From: Bacteroidales bacterium
Lineage (GTDB): Bacteria; Bacteroidota; Bacteroidia; Bacteroidales; WRLA01
NCBI GenBank assembly: GCA_965230045.1
Contig: OZ245940.1
Coordinates: 8,058 to 72,057 of the forward strand
Length of the DNA stretch: 64,000 bases
Reading direction: 5' to 3'
In this document: in pieces, positions 30,026 to 38,680 of the stretch
Numbering within the stretch: position 1 is the first letter of the stretch
Layout: each line of letters starts with the position of its first letter
Made by a program: the position numbers and the translations under genes
Notes under the pieces: model-generated
What the model was told of the DNA's origin: nothing
Seen by the model: only the letters and a program-made list of their open reading frames with translations
The model's database searches: none

Positions 30026-31390
30026 ATGGCAAAAGACGGAAATATCCTCATTATTGATGATGATGAAGGCATACTGGCAACATCGCGCGTTGTATTGCGC
30101 CATCATTTTAAAAAACTGGTTTGCCTTACCCATCCCGATTTGGTTTCAGGGCTCGATGACTTTGCTTCTTTTGATGTGGTGATGCTCGACATGAATTTCC
30201 GTCCGGGCGCTACCAGCGGCTCAGAAGGCATGGAAGCGCTCAGAAAGTTGCTGTCGATAAATCCTGGGGCACATATTGTGATGATCACGGCTTATGCCGA
30301 TATTCACCTCGCAGTGCATGCCATGAAGGAAGGAGCCGTGGATTTTATCGTAAAACCCTGGGACAATGAGCGCTTGCTGGCTACGGTTCGCTCCGTTTTC
30401 CGCCTGAGCAAATCGCGCAGAAAAGTACAGGAACTGGAGCAAAAGCAAAAAAACCTGAACCAGGCCATCAATTATCATGGTGGCAAGCTGATTGGCGATT
30501 CGCCTTGCATGAAGGATTTGAAAAATATGATTGCGCGTGTAGGGCAAACCGATGCCAATATTTTAGTGCTTGGTGAAAACGGAAGTGGGAAAGAGCTTGT
30601 GGCGCGCGAAATCCACCGGCTTTCCCACCGCTCGGAAAAGGCTTTTGTGGCCGTAGATCTGGGCGCCATTCCGGAAAGCCTGTTTGAATCCGAACTTTTT
30701 GGCTATGTAAAAGGCGCTTTCACCGATGCCGCCGAAGATAAAGCCGGACGCTTTGAAATGGCGGATGGGGGCACGCTTTTTCTCGATGAAATCGGCAACC
30801 TGGATTTGAAGCTTCAGTCCAAATTACTGAGTGTTTTGCAAAACAGGGAAGTGTTCCGGCTGGGCAGCAACAAAGCCATTCCCCTGGATGTGCGCCTGCT
30901 TTGTGCCACCAATATGCCTTTGCGCACAATGGTGGGCGATGGCCGTTTCCGCGAAGATTTGCTCTACCGTATCAATACTTTGGAGATTAATGTTCCGCCA
31001 CTGCGCGACCGCATCGAAGATTTACCTCAACTGCTGGATTATTTCATAGCGCAATATGCCACACGATATGCCAAAAATGTGAAAGGTGTTCAGGCTGCTG
31101 CTTTGTCGCGCTTAAAGCGATATCGCTGGCCGGGCAATATCCGCGAACTGCGCCACCTGTCCGAAAGGGCCGTAATCCTGTCCGAAGGAACTATGCTGCA
31201 ATCCACCGATTTTGCCCTGCACGAGGATGTGGTCCATGATGCCCCTCCTGTGCTCAATCTGGAAAAGCTGGAAAAAACCGCCATCGCGGCAGCCATTGAA
31301 AAACATCAGGGCAATTTGAGCAATGCAGCAAAAGAACTGGGTTTGGGACGCACGACCCTCTACCGAAAAATGGAAAAATATGGCCTCTAA
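30026..31390 (+). CDS. Sigma-54-dependent response regulator (NtrC family)
   Basis: Receiver domain (ILIIDDDEGIL...DVVMLDMNF), AAA+ Walker A GENGSGKE, the GAFTGA-type loop KGAFTDA, and a C-terminal Fis-type HTH AAKELGLGRTTLYRKMEKYGL. Confidence 0.9.
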   Translation: MAKDGNILIIDDDEGILATSRVVLRHHFKKLVCLTHPDLVSGLDDFASFDVVMLDMNFRPGATSGSEGMEALRKLLSINPGAHIVMITAYADIHLAVHAMKEGAVDFIVKPWDNERLLATVRSVFRLSKSRRKVQELEQKQKNLNQAINYHGGKLIGDSPCMKDLKNMIARVGQTDANILVLGENGSGKELVAREIHRLSHRSEKAFVAVDLGAIPESLFESELFGYVKGAFTDAAEDKAGRFEMADGGTLFLDEIGNLDLKLQSKLLSVLQNREVFRLGSNKAIPLDVRLLCATNMPLRTMVGDGRFREDLLYRINTLEINVPPLRDRIEDLPQLLDYFIAQYATRYAKNVKGVQAAALSRLKRYRWPGNIRELRHLSERAVILSEGTMLQSTDFALHEDVVHDAPPVLNLEKLEKTAIAAAIEKHQGNLSNAAKELGLGRTTLYRKMEKYGL

Positions 31391-32708
31391 TTCCAACACC
31401 ATACGCATTTATTTGCGCATCAGCCTTATTGCTGTGATGTTGCTGGGCTTTTCGTTCAGCCTGGCCCAGGACAAATGGTATGTGACCAGTGGTGCATTTC
31501 TGCTGGCGGCCATAGTTTTGAGTGTTGAGTTGGCCACTTATACGCGCAAACATCTGCGCGAACTTCAAAACCTGCTCGAGGCCATCAGGCAAAATGCCTA
31601 TAACGACCAATATGTGCCCGAAAGCAATGATCCGCTATACCGTTCGGCTTTTGCCGGAATTTTGGAGGAAATGAAAAACGCACGCATTGAGAAGCAAAGC
31701 CATTACGAATACCTGCAACAGGTGATCAGTCATGCGCGTGTTGCGATGATCTGTTTTGATGAAAAGCAGCAGATCGACCTTTTTAATGCGGAGGCAGAAC
31801 AATTGCTGGGCATGAGCAAGCCCGATAACCTACGCCAGCTGAACCGTGCCGGAAGCGGCCTGGAAGAGCTGATGTTGCGCATTCGCAAAAGCGGGAAAGA
31901 GCATTATCGGCTAAACCGAGGCGGAATGCCCGTGCCGCTGGTGCTCTATGCCGGACGTTTCCGGATTTTGCAAAAGGAATACTGCTTAGTAAGCCTGCAC
32001 GATATTAAATCAGAAATGGAAGCCCAGGAAACCGAATCATGGAAAAAGCTGATCCGTGTGCTGACCCACGAAATCATGAATTCGGTTACGCCCGTAAAAT
32101 CCCTGACCTCCGCCCTGCGGCAAAATATTGAAAAGCATCCGGATATTGTAAAAAATTCGGAAGAAGGGACGGAAATAGCCGAAGGCTTACAGATTATCGA
32201 AGAACGGAGCAATGGGCTTTTGCGTTTTGTGGACCTCTACCGCAGCATCACCCGCCTGCCCGAACCCGAATGGACGGAGTTTAAAGTGCACGACATACTG
32301 AAAAATATTGTGGTGCTGATGAAACCCGGCTTAGAGGCAAGTAATATGGGACTGGAAATCAGTTATGATGCAAAAATCCCCATGCTTGTTGCCGATTACG
32401 ATATGATTCAACAGGTGCTGATCAACCTTTTGCAAAATGCCAGCGAAGCCCTGACCGGACAGGAAAACGCGCAAATAAAACTCCATGCCGGCAGCAGGAA
32501 AGGCCGTGCCTTTATTTCGGTAAGCGACAATGGCCCCGGTGTGCGCAGCGAAGATGAAGAAATGATTTTTATTCCTTTCTTCACCACACGGAAAAAAGGA
32601 AACGGCATTGGCCTGAGCCTCTCCCGCCAGATTATGCAGCTCCACAAAGGAAGCCTTTCTTTTGAAAATTTACCTCAAGCTGGGGCGCACTTTGTGTTGC
32701 AGTTTTAA
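31380..32708 (+). CDS. Sensor histidine kinase
   Basis: The start MASNSNT overlaps the regulator stop by 11 nt. It has two TM segments, the H-box LTHEIMNSVTPV, the N-box NLLQNASEA, and G-boxes DNGPGV / GNGIGLSL. Confidence 0.85.
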   Translation: MASNSNTIRIYLRISLIAVMLLGFSFSLAQDKWYVTSGAFLLAAIVLSVELATYTRKHLRELQNLLEAIRQNAYNDQYVPESNDPLYRSAFAGILEEMKNARIEKQSHYEYLQQVISHARVAMICFDEKQQIDLFNAEAEQLLGMSKPDNLRQLNRAGSGLEELMLRIRKSGKEHYRLNRGGMPVPLVLYAGRFRILQKEYCLVSLHDIKSEMEAQETESWKKLIRVLTHEIMNSVTPVKSLTSALRQNIEKHPDIVKNSEEGTEIAEGLQIIEERSNGLLRFVDLYRSITRLPEPEWTEFKVHDILKNIVVLMKPGLEASNMGLEISYDAKIPMLVADYDMIQQVLINLLQNASEALTGQENAQIKLHAGSRKGRAFISVSDNGPGVRSEDEEMIFIPFFTTRKKGNGIGLSLSRQIMQLHKGSLSFENLPQAGAHFVLQF

Positions 32709-32877
32709 TGAGGCTTCCTTTTATTGTGTCACCCGAAACTCCGCCGACTCCTTGCTTTCAATTTCAAAAGCTTTCAAAAAAATGATTTGATCTTTATTAC
32801 TTTGAATCGATTGGGATCAAAATCATCATGCATTCTTAGTATTTAAAAAAAACATTCTTCGCGATAAAAAAACCTAT

Positions 32878-34729
32878 TATATAGTGCCAGCCAGAAAACT
32901 ATAGGTTTTTAAAATTCACCCAAAAAACAGCGAGTAAAATATGCTCCGAAAGTAGCATCATGCCTAAAAAAATTAAATTTCATAGTAAATATATAGAAAT
33001 ATGATCCGGATTTGCCGGCTTATACAGCCCTGTAGAAACAACAAGGCATAATTCACCCCTGTAAAACACTTAATATACTGTAATTCAATACTTTAAAATT
33101 ATGCCGCATTAAAGCGCCCCTCACCTATGTGTTGATCAGCTACTTGCAGCCGGATCAGCTCAACTCCAATCCTGCGCAAGTTGTAAGCTGATACAGCCAG
33201 GCCAACATAACGTTTAAAATGTCCATACCCTTTGTCGGGACATCTGTCCAGCCCTCTGTGTTCCAATTCGTTTATATTTGATTCTATTGCGCTGTGCCTA
33301 TTGCGTGCCTTTATAAACCAAGGCTGGTGCTCTTGTTGGTATTCCTGCTTGTTGCATTTCCCCTTTTTGGGGAGTACCAAACGTTGGGTGTTTTGTGAGA
33401 GCAGTTCTTTATTTTCTTTTTTCCAATATCCTTTATCAAAGCTCCAACTTGCAATGTCTTTGTAGCGCAAGGATATTCTCTGGGCCAGCTGTGGAACGCA
33501 TTCTGAGTCTGACTGATTTTCTATGATCTGGTAATCGACAATGAGGTTATATTGGTCAGTGGTTATTGCCGCTTTTTTCCCAAGTTCTACATTAGGCCGC
33601 ATTTTGCCTTTTTTTATCCACTCGGTGTAGGTTTCAAAAATGGAAAACATTTTTTCTTCATGGGGGATTTCCTCCCCTTTTATCACCCTTCTTTCCAGCA
33701 GGTCTATATGTTTTTGCAACAGGGCCATATAGTGGGACAGTTCGGTCAAAACGGGATTGCCATCAATAGTGCTGCAGCCGCATTCTTTCCCGAGCTTGGC
33801 GTGAAGTGCTTTCGCTTTTGTGAGGTAGCTTTTAGCGGTTTGCCGAACCCTATCGGCTTTTCTTTTTCCTCCTGAAGCACTTGCCCGCCCCAGTGCACGC
33901 ATCTTGTTTTTGAGGTCTTTGCGCCAATTTTTATTTTTGCGCCACCCTGCCGGCGGTTGGCCGGGATAAAGCCTGGCAACTATATCGAGGCATTTGCGGG
34001 CACAGTCCCACAGCAAGTTATAGTCAGTTGGAAAATGGACATTGCTTTCTACTACAAAACTATCGGTTTTTAAGCACAATGCTTCCTCCCCTTTTTTTTT
34101 AAACACGTAGTGGCCAAAATCAGCGATAATACTGTTTAGCTCCCTGACCGATTCATCGTCCAATAATCCTACATTATCTATAATAGACTGATAACCAAAC
34201 TTATAACTACTCATTCCGTAATCGTTTTCAACACCCATGATTTGGCGCACAAGCCGGTCGTAATTGGCCAGGTAGTGCAGGTCATCGTAGCTTATGTTTT
34301 GGCAAAGGCGTACTTGGGAAAGTACAAAGACATGCCATAGATCCATTCCAGGACGCCCTGTTTTATTATTCTCGGATAGGATTTTGTCCTCAAGGATACT
34401 GAAAACTTTTTCGTTCCACTCTGGGCTTACAAAAATCTCTTTTAATGCTGCACATAGGCCGGGAAGGGCGCCACTGCGCTTTTTTGTCGGTATTACTACA
34501 TCTTGAATCAAAGTACTGCCAATTTTGATCTGCTGTTCGAATCTTTTTCTCATATCTTTCCGTGTTTTGATGTCTGAGGCGCAATAAACGAATCTCAAAC
34601 AGTTAAAGCACCGAATATCAGCAAAATAACTGTTCTACACAAGAAAATACCGCGAAAGATTCAACAAAGTTATTAACAGTAAAATACTGATAAACAAAAT
34701 GATATGAGTATTCTGGCAGGGACTATATA
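32878..34729 (-). mobile_element. IS element (ISNCY-like DDE transposase) with 19-bp imperfect terminal inverted repeats
   Basis: TATATAGTGCCAGCCAGAA (32878-32896) versus the reverse complement of TTCTGGCAGGGACTATATA (34711-34729) gives 17/19 matches. A single transposase ORF lies inside. Confidence 0.7.
33099..34553 (-). CDS. DDE transposase (ISNCY-family-like)
   Basis: The N-terminus MRKRFEQQIKIGS...GRPGMDLWHVFVLSQVRL and the C-terminus ...HSAIESNINELEHRGLDRCPDKGYGHFKRYVGLAVSAYNLRRIG are typical of IS4/IS5-superfamily, ISNCY-annotated transposases, as recalled from memory. Confidence 0.65.
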   Translation of the reverse strand: MRKRFEQQIKIGSTLIQDVVIPTKKRSGALPGLCAALKEIFVSPEWNEKVFSILEDKILSENNKTGRPGMDLWHVFVLSQVRLCQNISYDDLHYLANYDRLVRQIMGVENDYGMSSYKFGYQSIIDNVGLLDDESVRELNSIIADFGHYVFKKKGEEALCLKTDSFVVESNVHFPTDYNLLWDCARKCLDIVARLYPGQPPAGWRKNKNWRKDLKNKMRALGRASASGGKRKADRVRQTAKSYLTKAKALHAKLGKECGCSTIDGNPVLTELSHYMALLQKHIDLLERRVIKGEEIPHEEKMFSIFETYTEWIKKGKMRPNVELGKKAAITTDQYNLIVDYQIIENQSDSECVPQLAQRISLRYKDIASWSFDKGYWKKENKELLSQNTQRLVLPKKGKCNKQEYQQEHQPWFIKARNRHSAIESNINELEHRGLDRCPDKGYGHFKRYVGLAVSAYNLRRIGVELIRLQVADQHIGEGRFNAA

Positions 34730-34869
34730 ACATCTTTTCACCTGGATTTATTCTATATTTGTACCACAAAAGTGAATTTGCAGGTAAAATAGCATGTTAA
34801 TCCTTTTCGCAAATTTTTTAATAAGTTATTGATTTTAGAATTAGGAAATATATAATTAGTTGTTATACA

Positions 34870-35217
34870 ATGGATTATACAAATCAAAAAAGCAGAAGCC
34901 TGTTCTTTAACGAGAAAGGTAAAGTGCATCAGGCATTAGTTGATACAATTATATATATCGAATGTACTGGCAGTATATCCTCTATACACCTCCTTGATCA
35001 AAACAAATGCATTCACTGTTGTGAACCACTAAAAGATATCGAGGAACGTTTAGATGGGCTTAATTTTTATAGGATCAATAGAAATACTTTGCTCAATCTG
35101 AGATATTTCTCAAAATTTGTATCCGGGGAAAAAAGACTTATTCAAATCCTTAATGGTGAAGAATTAAAAGTTTCCAGAAGGCGCTGGCAAGAAATCCGAA
35201 ATATGCTAAAACAATAA
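34870..35217 (+). CDS. Stand-alone LytTR DNA-binding domain regulator
   Basis: 115 aa. ...IIYIECTGSISSIHLLDQNKCIHCCEPLKDIEERLDGLNFYRINRNTLLNLRYF... matches the LytTR pattern. There is no receiver domain. Confidence 0.8.
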   Translation: MDYTNQKSRSLFFNEKGKVHQALVDTIIYIECTGSISSIHLLDQNKCIHCCEPLKDIEERLDGLNFYRINRNTLLNLRYFSKFVSGEKRLIQILNGEELKVSRRRWQEIRNMLKQ

Positions 35218-35318
35218 ACCGCTCATTTATAAAAACGAACCGTTCATCCCTTAAAACATACCGCTTATCAAATAAAACGACCATTTGAATAAAATCTTAA
35301 TATGAATACATATCTTTG
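35217..35318 (+). promoter_or_regulatory. Four phased direct repeats (candidate LytTR sites) plus a Bacteroidetes-type -7 box, cassette 1
   Basis: AACCGCTCAT (35217), AACCGTTCAT (35238), TACCGCTTAT (35259) and GACCATTTGA (35279) are spaced 21/21/20 bp. TATCTTTG (TAnnTTTG) lies at 35311-35318, and a fifth copy AACCATTCAT at 35345. Confidence 0.5.
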
Positions 35319-35719
35319 TTTTTGTATAATTATGCTAAGATATGAACCATTCATTTAGATATAAAGTCCGACAGCTTGTTTTAAAATGGAGTTATGCTTT
35401 CAGGGACAATAGAATGCGTTCCGGTCATTGTGACATTAAATTTATAACGGATCATTGCTTGTCTCCGGACTACCACAATAGACCTATAAGAACAATCTTG
35501 CTCAAAAATGACAGCGGAAATGGATTTATTAAATTTGTCTATTTAATTTCTAAGCATATTTTTATGCTGGGAAAGAATAAGTTCGACTGACTATACCGTT
35601 TCCGGATACATTAGAACCCGACCGGAACGGCATAATGTAGAATATACGTATTAAATGGGCTCTGCAATAACAAGTTACAGTATTAGAAAATTTATGAATT
35701 GGATTAAAAATCTTATAAT

Positions 35720-35929
35720 ATGAAAAAGAAAAAATTAAGTTTAAATAAAGTTAAAGTTGCAAAGCTGCAAGATACCAAGATGAATAATGTTATTGGAGGG
35801 AATTTGGCTGAACCAACCCATACATGTCGTGAAACACAAGTTACGTGTATGCTAACTTGCTTAGATCCTGACTCAATAGTGGCTTGTGAATTATCAAGTC
35901 CTTGTACAACTCTGTTTACTACCAATTAA
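35720..35929 (+). CDS. lanA: Lanthipeptide-type precursor peptide 1 (GG leader)
   Basis: Leader MKKKKLSLNKVKVAKLQDTKMNNVIGG. The 42-aa core has 5 Cys and 12 Ser/Thr. It sits upstream of a LanC gene. Confidence 0.8.
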   Translation: MKKKKLSLNKVKVAKLQDTKMNNVIGGNLAEPTHTCRETQVTCMLTCLDPDSIVACELSSPCTTLFTTN

Positions 35930-35959
35930 TTATTATTTTGAATATTTTCATGATTTTAT

Positions 35960-35984
35960 GGGTGTCCATAAAGGACACCCTTTT
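35960..35984 (+). terminator. Hairpin plus T4 immediately after precursor gene 1 (candidate leaky terminator/attenuator)
   Basis: GGGTGTCC-ataaa-GGACACCC followed by TTTT. Confidence 0.5.
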
Positions 35985-36000
35985 ACAATATCAGCATTAT

Positions 36001-37344
36001 ATGAAAAGATTATATTTATTATTAGTACTACTTTCTACGTATCAATTACTTTTCTCACAAAACAATACCGTTGTGAAAGGAACCGTAATTGAAGAAAATA
36101 CCGGGCAACCATTGCCCAATGTAGCCATCCAGATTTGGCCGGGCAGCAAATTCGGAAGCATAAGCAACAAAGAAGGAAGGTTTAAAATCAACACAGACAA
36201 AGATAGCATAACATTGAAGTTCTCTCACATCTCGTCCGTGCCGAAACTATTAAAAGTCAATGCTAAAGCCGTGTCAGACTCCAACCTCCTTGTTACATTG
36301 AGTCCGTTTTCATACACCCTTGATGCCGTGGAAATCAGCGAAGAGAGATATGAAACGATCTATAAAAAACCCAATCAATCGGTTATTGATTACGAAATTT
36401 ACGATCACCGCATCTACTTCCTGCTGAAAGATTACTCCAATAGGAAATACCAGCTGATTTCGGTTGATGAAAACCTTAGGGACACAATCTTTAGCACTCC
36501 TCCCGGCAAGCCCAGGGGAATTATTATTGATTTTTATGGCAACCTGGATATTGTTTCAAAATCGAATTCTGTTTATCAGATTATTATTGAAAACGGCCAG
36601 ATTAACTATCTGGAACCCTTCAATTATTCAAAACTCGAAAAAGTAAATGAACTATATGATTTCAAAATTGACAGCAATTATTATTTTTCTGAATATAAGA
36701 CAAAAATCAATGATAAAATCTGCTACTACACAATAAACAGGAGCACCAAAAATATTTTTCACACCATTATAGACGATAAGAAAGTTGATTATATTTTTCA
36801 AGAACTACGGTTTTTATTGCCAAAGAAATTTTTTAACTCTGGTGTTCCTCCTGGAGATGAGAGAAGAGCCTTTATTAATAATATGTATGACAATCACGAA
36901 ATTACCTTTGATCTAAATTATCATTACAACAACATATGGAATGTATTCTTCAATATTGAAAATGAAATATATATCATTGATAACATCAAAAACAAGCTAT
37001 TAAAGTTTGATAAAAGAGGCAAGCTCGTCTCAGAGCTCAACATAACACACAGCAATGATGATGAAAAAGCTTTCAGTTTGCTGGAAATGGAAGAAGGGCG
37101 GATATGGAAGGACAAGGCATTGATAGACAACTGCAATAACGGAAAAGCATATTTCTTATGGAAACAGGGCGCCAGAACCGAGCTTTATTCATTAGATCTC
37201 AAGAGCGGCGAGATCTCATTTATTGAAACACTGCCCCATGTTTTCCCCATTAAAATAAAGGTGTATAACAACACCATTTATTATTTATACCAGAAAATTG
37301 GCAACAGCAGGAATTATGGGCTTTATAGAATGTATATAAATTAA
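36001..37344 (+). CDS. Secreted protein X1: CarboxypepD_reg-like N-domain plus an uncharacterised beta-rich (propeller-like) domain
   Basis: Signal peptide MKRLYLLLVLLSTYQLLFSQ. VKGTVIEENTGQPLPNVAIQIWPGSKFGSISNKEGRFKI resembles a carboxypeptidase-regulatory-like fold. Later repeats such as EIYIIDNIKNKLLKFDKRGKLV resemble NHL/6-bladed propeller strands. Confidence 0.6.
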   Translation: MKRLYLLLVLLSTYQLLFSQNNTVVKGTVIEENTGQPLPNVAIQIWPGSKFGSISNKEGRFKINTDKDSITLKFSHISSVPKLLKVNAKAVSDSNLLVTLSPFSYTLDAVEISEERYETIYKKPNQSVIDYEIYDHRIYFLLKDYSNRKYQLISVDENLRDTIFSTPPGKPRGIIIDFYGNLDIVSKSNSVYQIIIENGQINYLEPFNYSKLEKVNELYDFKIDSNYYFSEYKTKINDKICYYTINRSTKNIFHTIIDDKKVDYIFQELRFLLPKKFFNSGVPPGDERRAFINNMYDNHEITFDLNYHYNNIWNVFFNIENEIYIIDNIKNKLLKFDKRGKLVSELNITHSNDDEKAFSLLEMEEGRIWKDKALIDNCNNGKAYFLWKQGARTELYSLDLKSGEISFIETLPHVFPIKIKVYNNTIYYLYQKIGNSRNYGLYRMYIN

Positions 37345-37354
37345 GAATAGATTG

Positions 37355-38527
37355 ATGAATGTGGATTTGCTATTAAAAAAAGTGTACGAATCATTGTCGC
37401 CTGTAAATGAGGTAAGTGTTCATGGATTTTATTCTGATACTTCGGGAATCTCCCTTTTCCTTTTTTATTATTCCTTAATGCTAAATGATGAAAAGTGTTA
37501 CAATAAAGCGGTAATGCTTCTTGAAAAAACTTTGATGTCTTATTACCAAACCAGAATTGCGCCTTCTGACATTGCCAGATTGGGTTGGCTTTTACTAAAT
37601 CTTGATAGTAATGATTTTTTAGAGACTGATATTAATGAATTGATTGAGAAGAGTGTGAATAAAGTTTTATTCGAAAAAGTTTTGGATTATCTAAAAAATG
37701 ACAATTACGACTTCTTGCATGCTGCACTTGGTATCATTCAGTACTTTTTGAGCAAAAATGATATAGAAAGTCGGTTCTATGTTTCAGAATTTGTTGATGA
37801 ATTTGCAGAAAAGGCAGAAAGGGTAAAAGATAATGAGCTGAAATGGCTGTCAACATTAGACATCAGAACAAAAACAAAAGGCTATAATATCAGCATGTCG
37901 CACGGTCTGGCAAGCATTATCACTATGCTGAGCAAGATATACAAACAGGGAATTAACCAGGATAAAACGAAGTACTTACTTGAAGGAGCCGTGAATTATC
38001 TGCTGCAACAAAAATTGCCCAATGGCAAGTATATTTCTGTTTTCCCAAACTTTGCCATAGAAAGCATGAAAAATTTGGCCCCGAGCCGTCTTGCCTGGTG
38101 TTATGGCGATCTTGGCATTTCTGTAGCAATATGGCATGCATCACAGGCGCTTGGGCGAAAAGATTGGGAAGAAAAAGCCATTAACATTCTGCTCCACTCT
38201 GCCCAGCGAAGGGATTTGAAAGAAAACAGCGTAATAGATGCAGGGCTTTGCCATGGTACAGCTGGCATTGCACATATTTATAACCGTATGTATGGCTATA
38301 CGGGTGTTGAAGAACTGAAAGAAGCTTCTGAATACTGGTTCGGCCAAACCCTTAAAATGGCACGCTTTGAGGATGGTTTGGCGGGTTACAAGGCCTGGCA
38401 TGGGCTTGATAAAGGATGGAAAAATGAGACAGGACTGCTGGAAGGAATTGCAGGCATTGGTCTTGCCATGATTTCTGCTGTTTCGGATATAGAGCCTGCA
38501 TGGGACGAATGTTTGTTGTTAAGTTAG
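37355..38527 (+). CDS. lanC: LanC-like lanthipeptide cyclase 1
   Basis: The motifs SMSHGLASI (catalytic His), LAWCYGDLG (WCxG, Zn Cys) and LCHGTAGI (CHG, Zn Cys/His) are at LanC-typical spacing. About 390 aa. Confidence 0.85.
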   Translation: MNVDLLLKKVYESLSPVNEVSVHGFYSDTSGISLFLFYYSLMLNDEKCYNKAVMLLEKTLMSYYQTRIAPSDIARLGWLLLNLDSNDFLETDINELIEKSVNKVLFEKVLDYLKNDNYDFLHAALGIIQYFLSKNDIESRFYVSEFVDEFAEKAERVKDNELKWLSTLDIRTKTKGYNISMSHGLASIITMLSKIYKQGINQDKTKYLLEGAVNYLLQQKLPNGKYISVFPNFAIESMKNLAPSRLAWCYGDLGISVAIWHASQALGRKDWEEKAINILLHSAQRRDLKENSVIDAGLCHGTAGIAHIYNRMYGYTGVEELKEASEYWFGQTLKMARFEDGLAGYKAWHGLDKGWKNETGLLEGIAGIGLAMISAVSDIEPAWDECLLLS

Positions 38528-38578
38528 ATTGAGATGCTGGAGGCACTGAAAAGAACGCCGAAATATGCTAAAACAATA

Positions 38579-38680
38579 AACCGCTCATTTATAAAAATGA
38601 ACCGTTCATCCCTTAAAACATACCGTTTATCAAATAAAACGACCATTTGAATAAAATCTTAATATGAATACATACCTTTG
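38579..38680 (+). promoter_or_regulatory. Phased direct repeats plus -7 box, cassette 2
   Basis: The same four repeats occur at identical spacing, with TACCTTTG at 38673-38680. The block is preceded by a copy of the last about 44 nt of lytTR. Confidence 0.5.

Noticed and set aside
31323-31379. An upstream start at 31323 would give a longer histidine kinase overlapping the regulator by 68 nt.
   Set aside because: The ATG at 31380 gives a typical short overlap with the regulator stop, and the protein then begins just before its first TM segment.
35342-35590. The 82-97 aa ORFs (also 38689-38976 and 44401-44694) conserved in the leader upstream of each precursor could be a small conserved protein.
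   Set aside because: Between copies 1 and 3 the substitutions are about 13 non-synonymous to about 5 synonymous, which is roughly neutral. The start and stop positions differ between copies (82, 95 and 97 aa). The sequence has no recognisable fold signature. It is better explained as a conserved non-coding leader.
35902-36000. The 480-aa version of X1 starts at 35902 and overlaps the end of precursor 1.
   Set aside because: The extension has no counterpart in X3 and crosses the terminator-like hairpin. A canonical signal peptide begins at the ATG at 36001.
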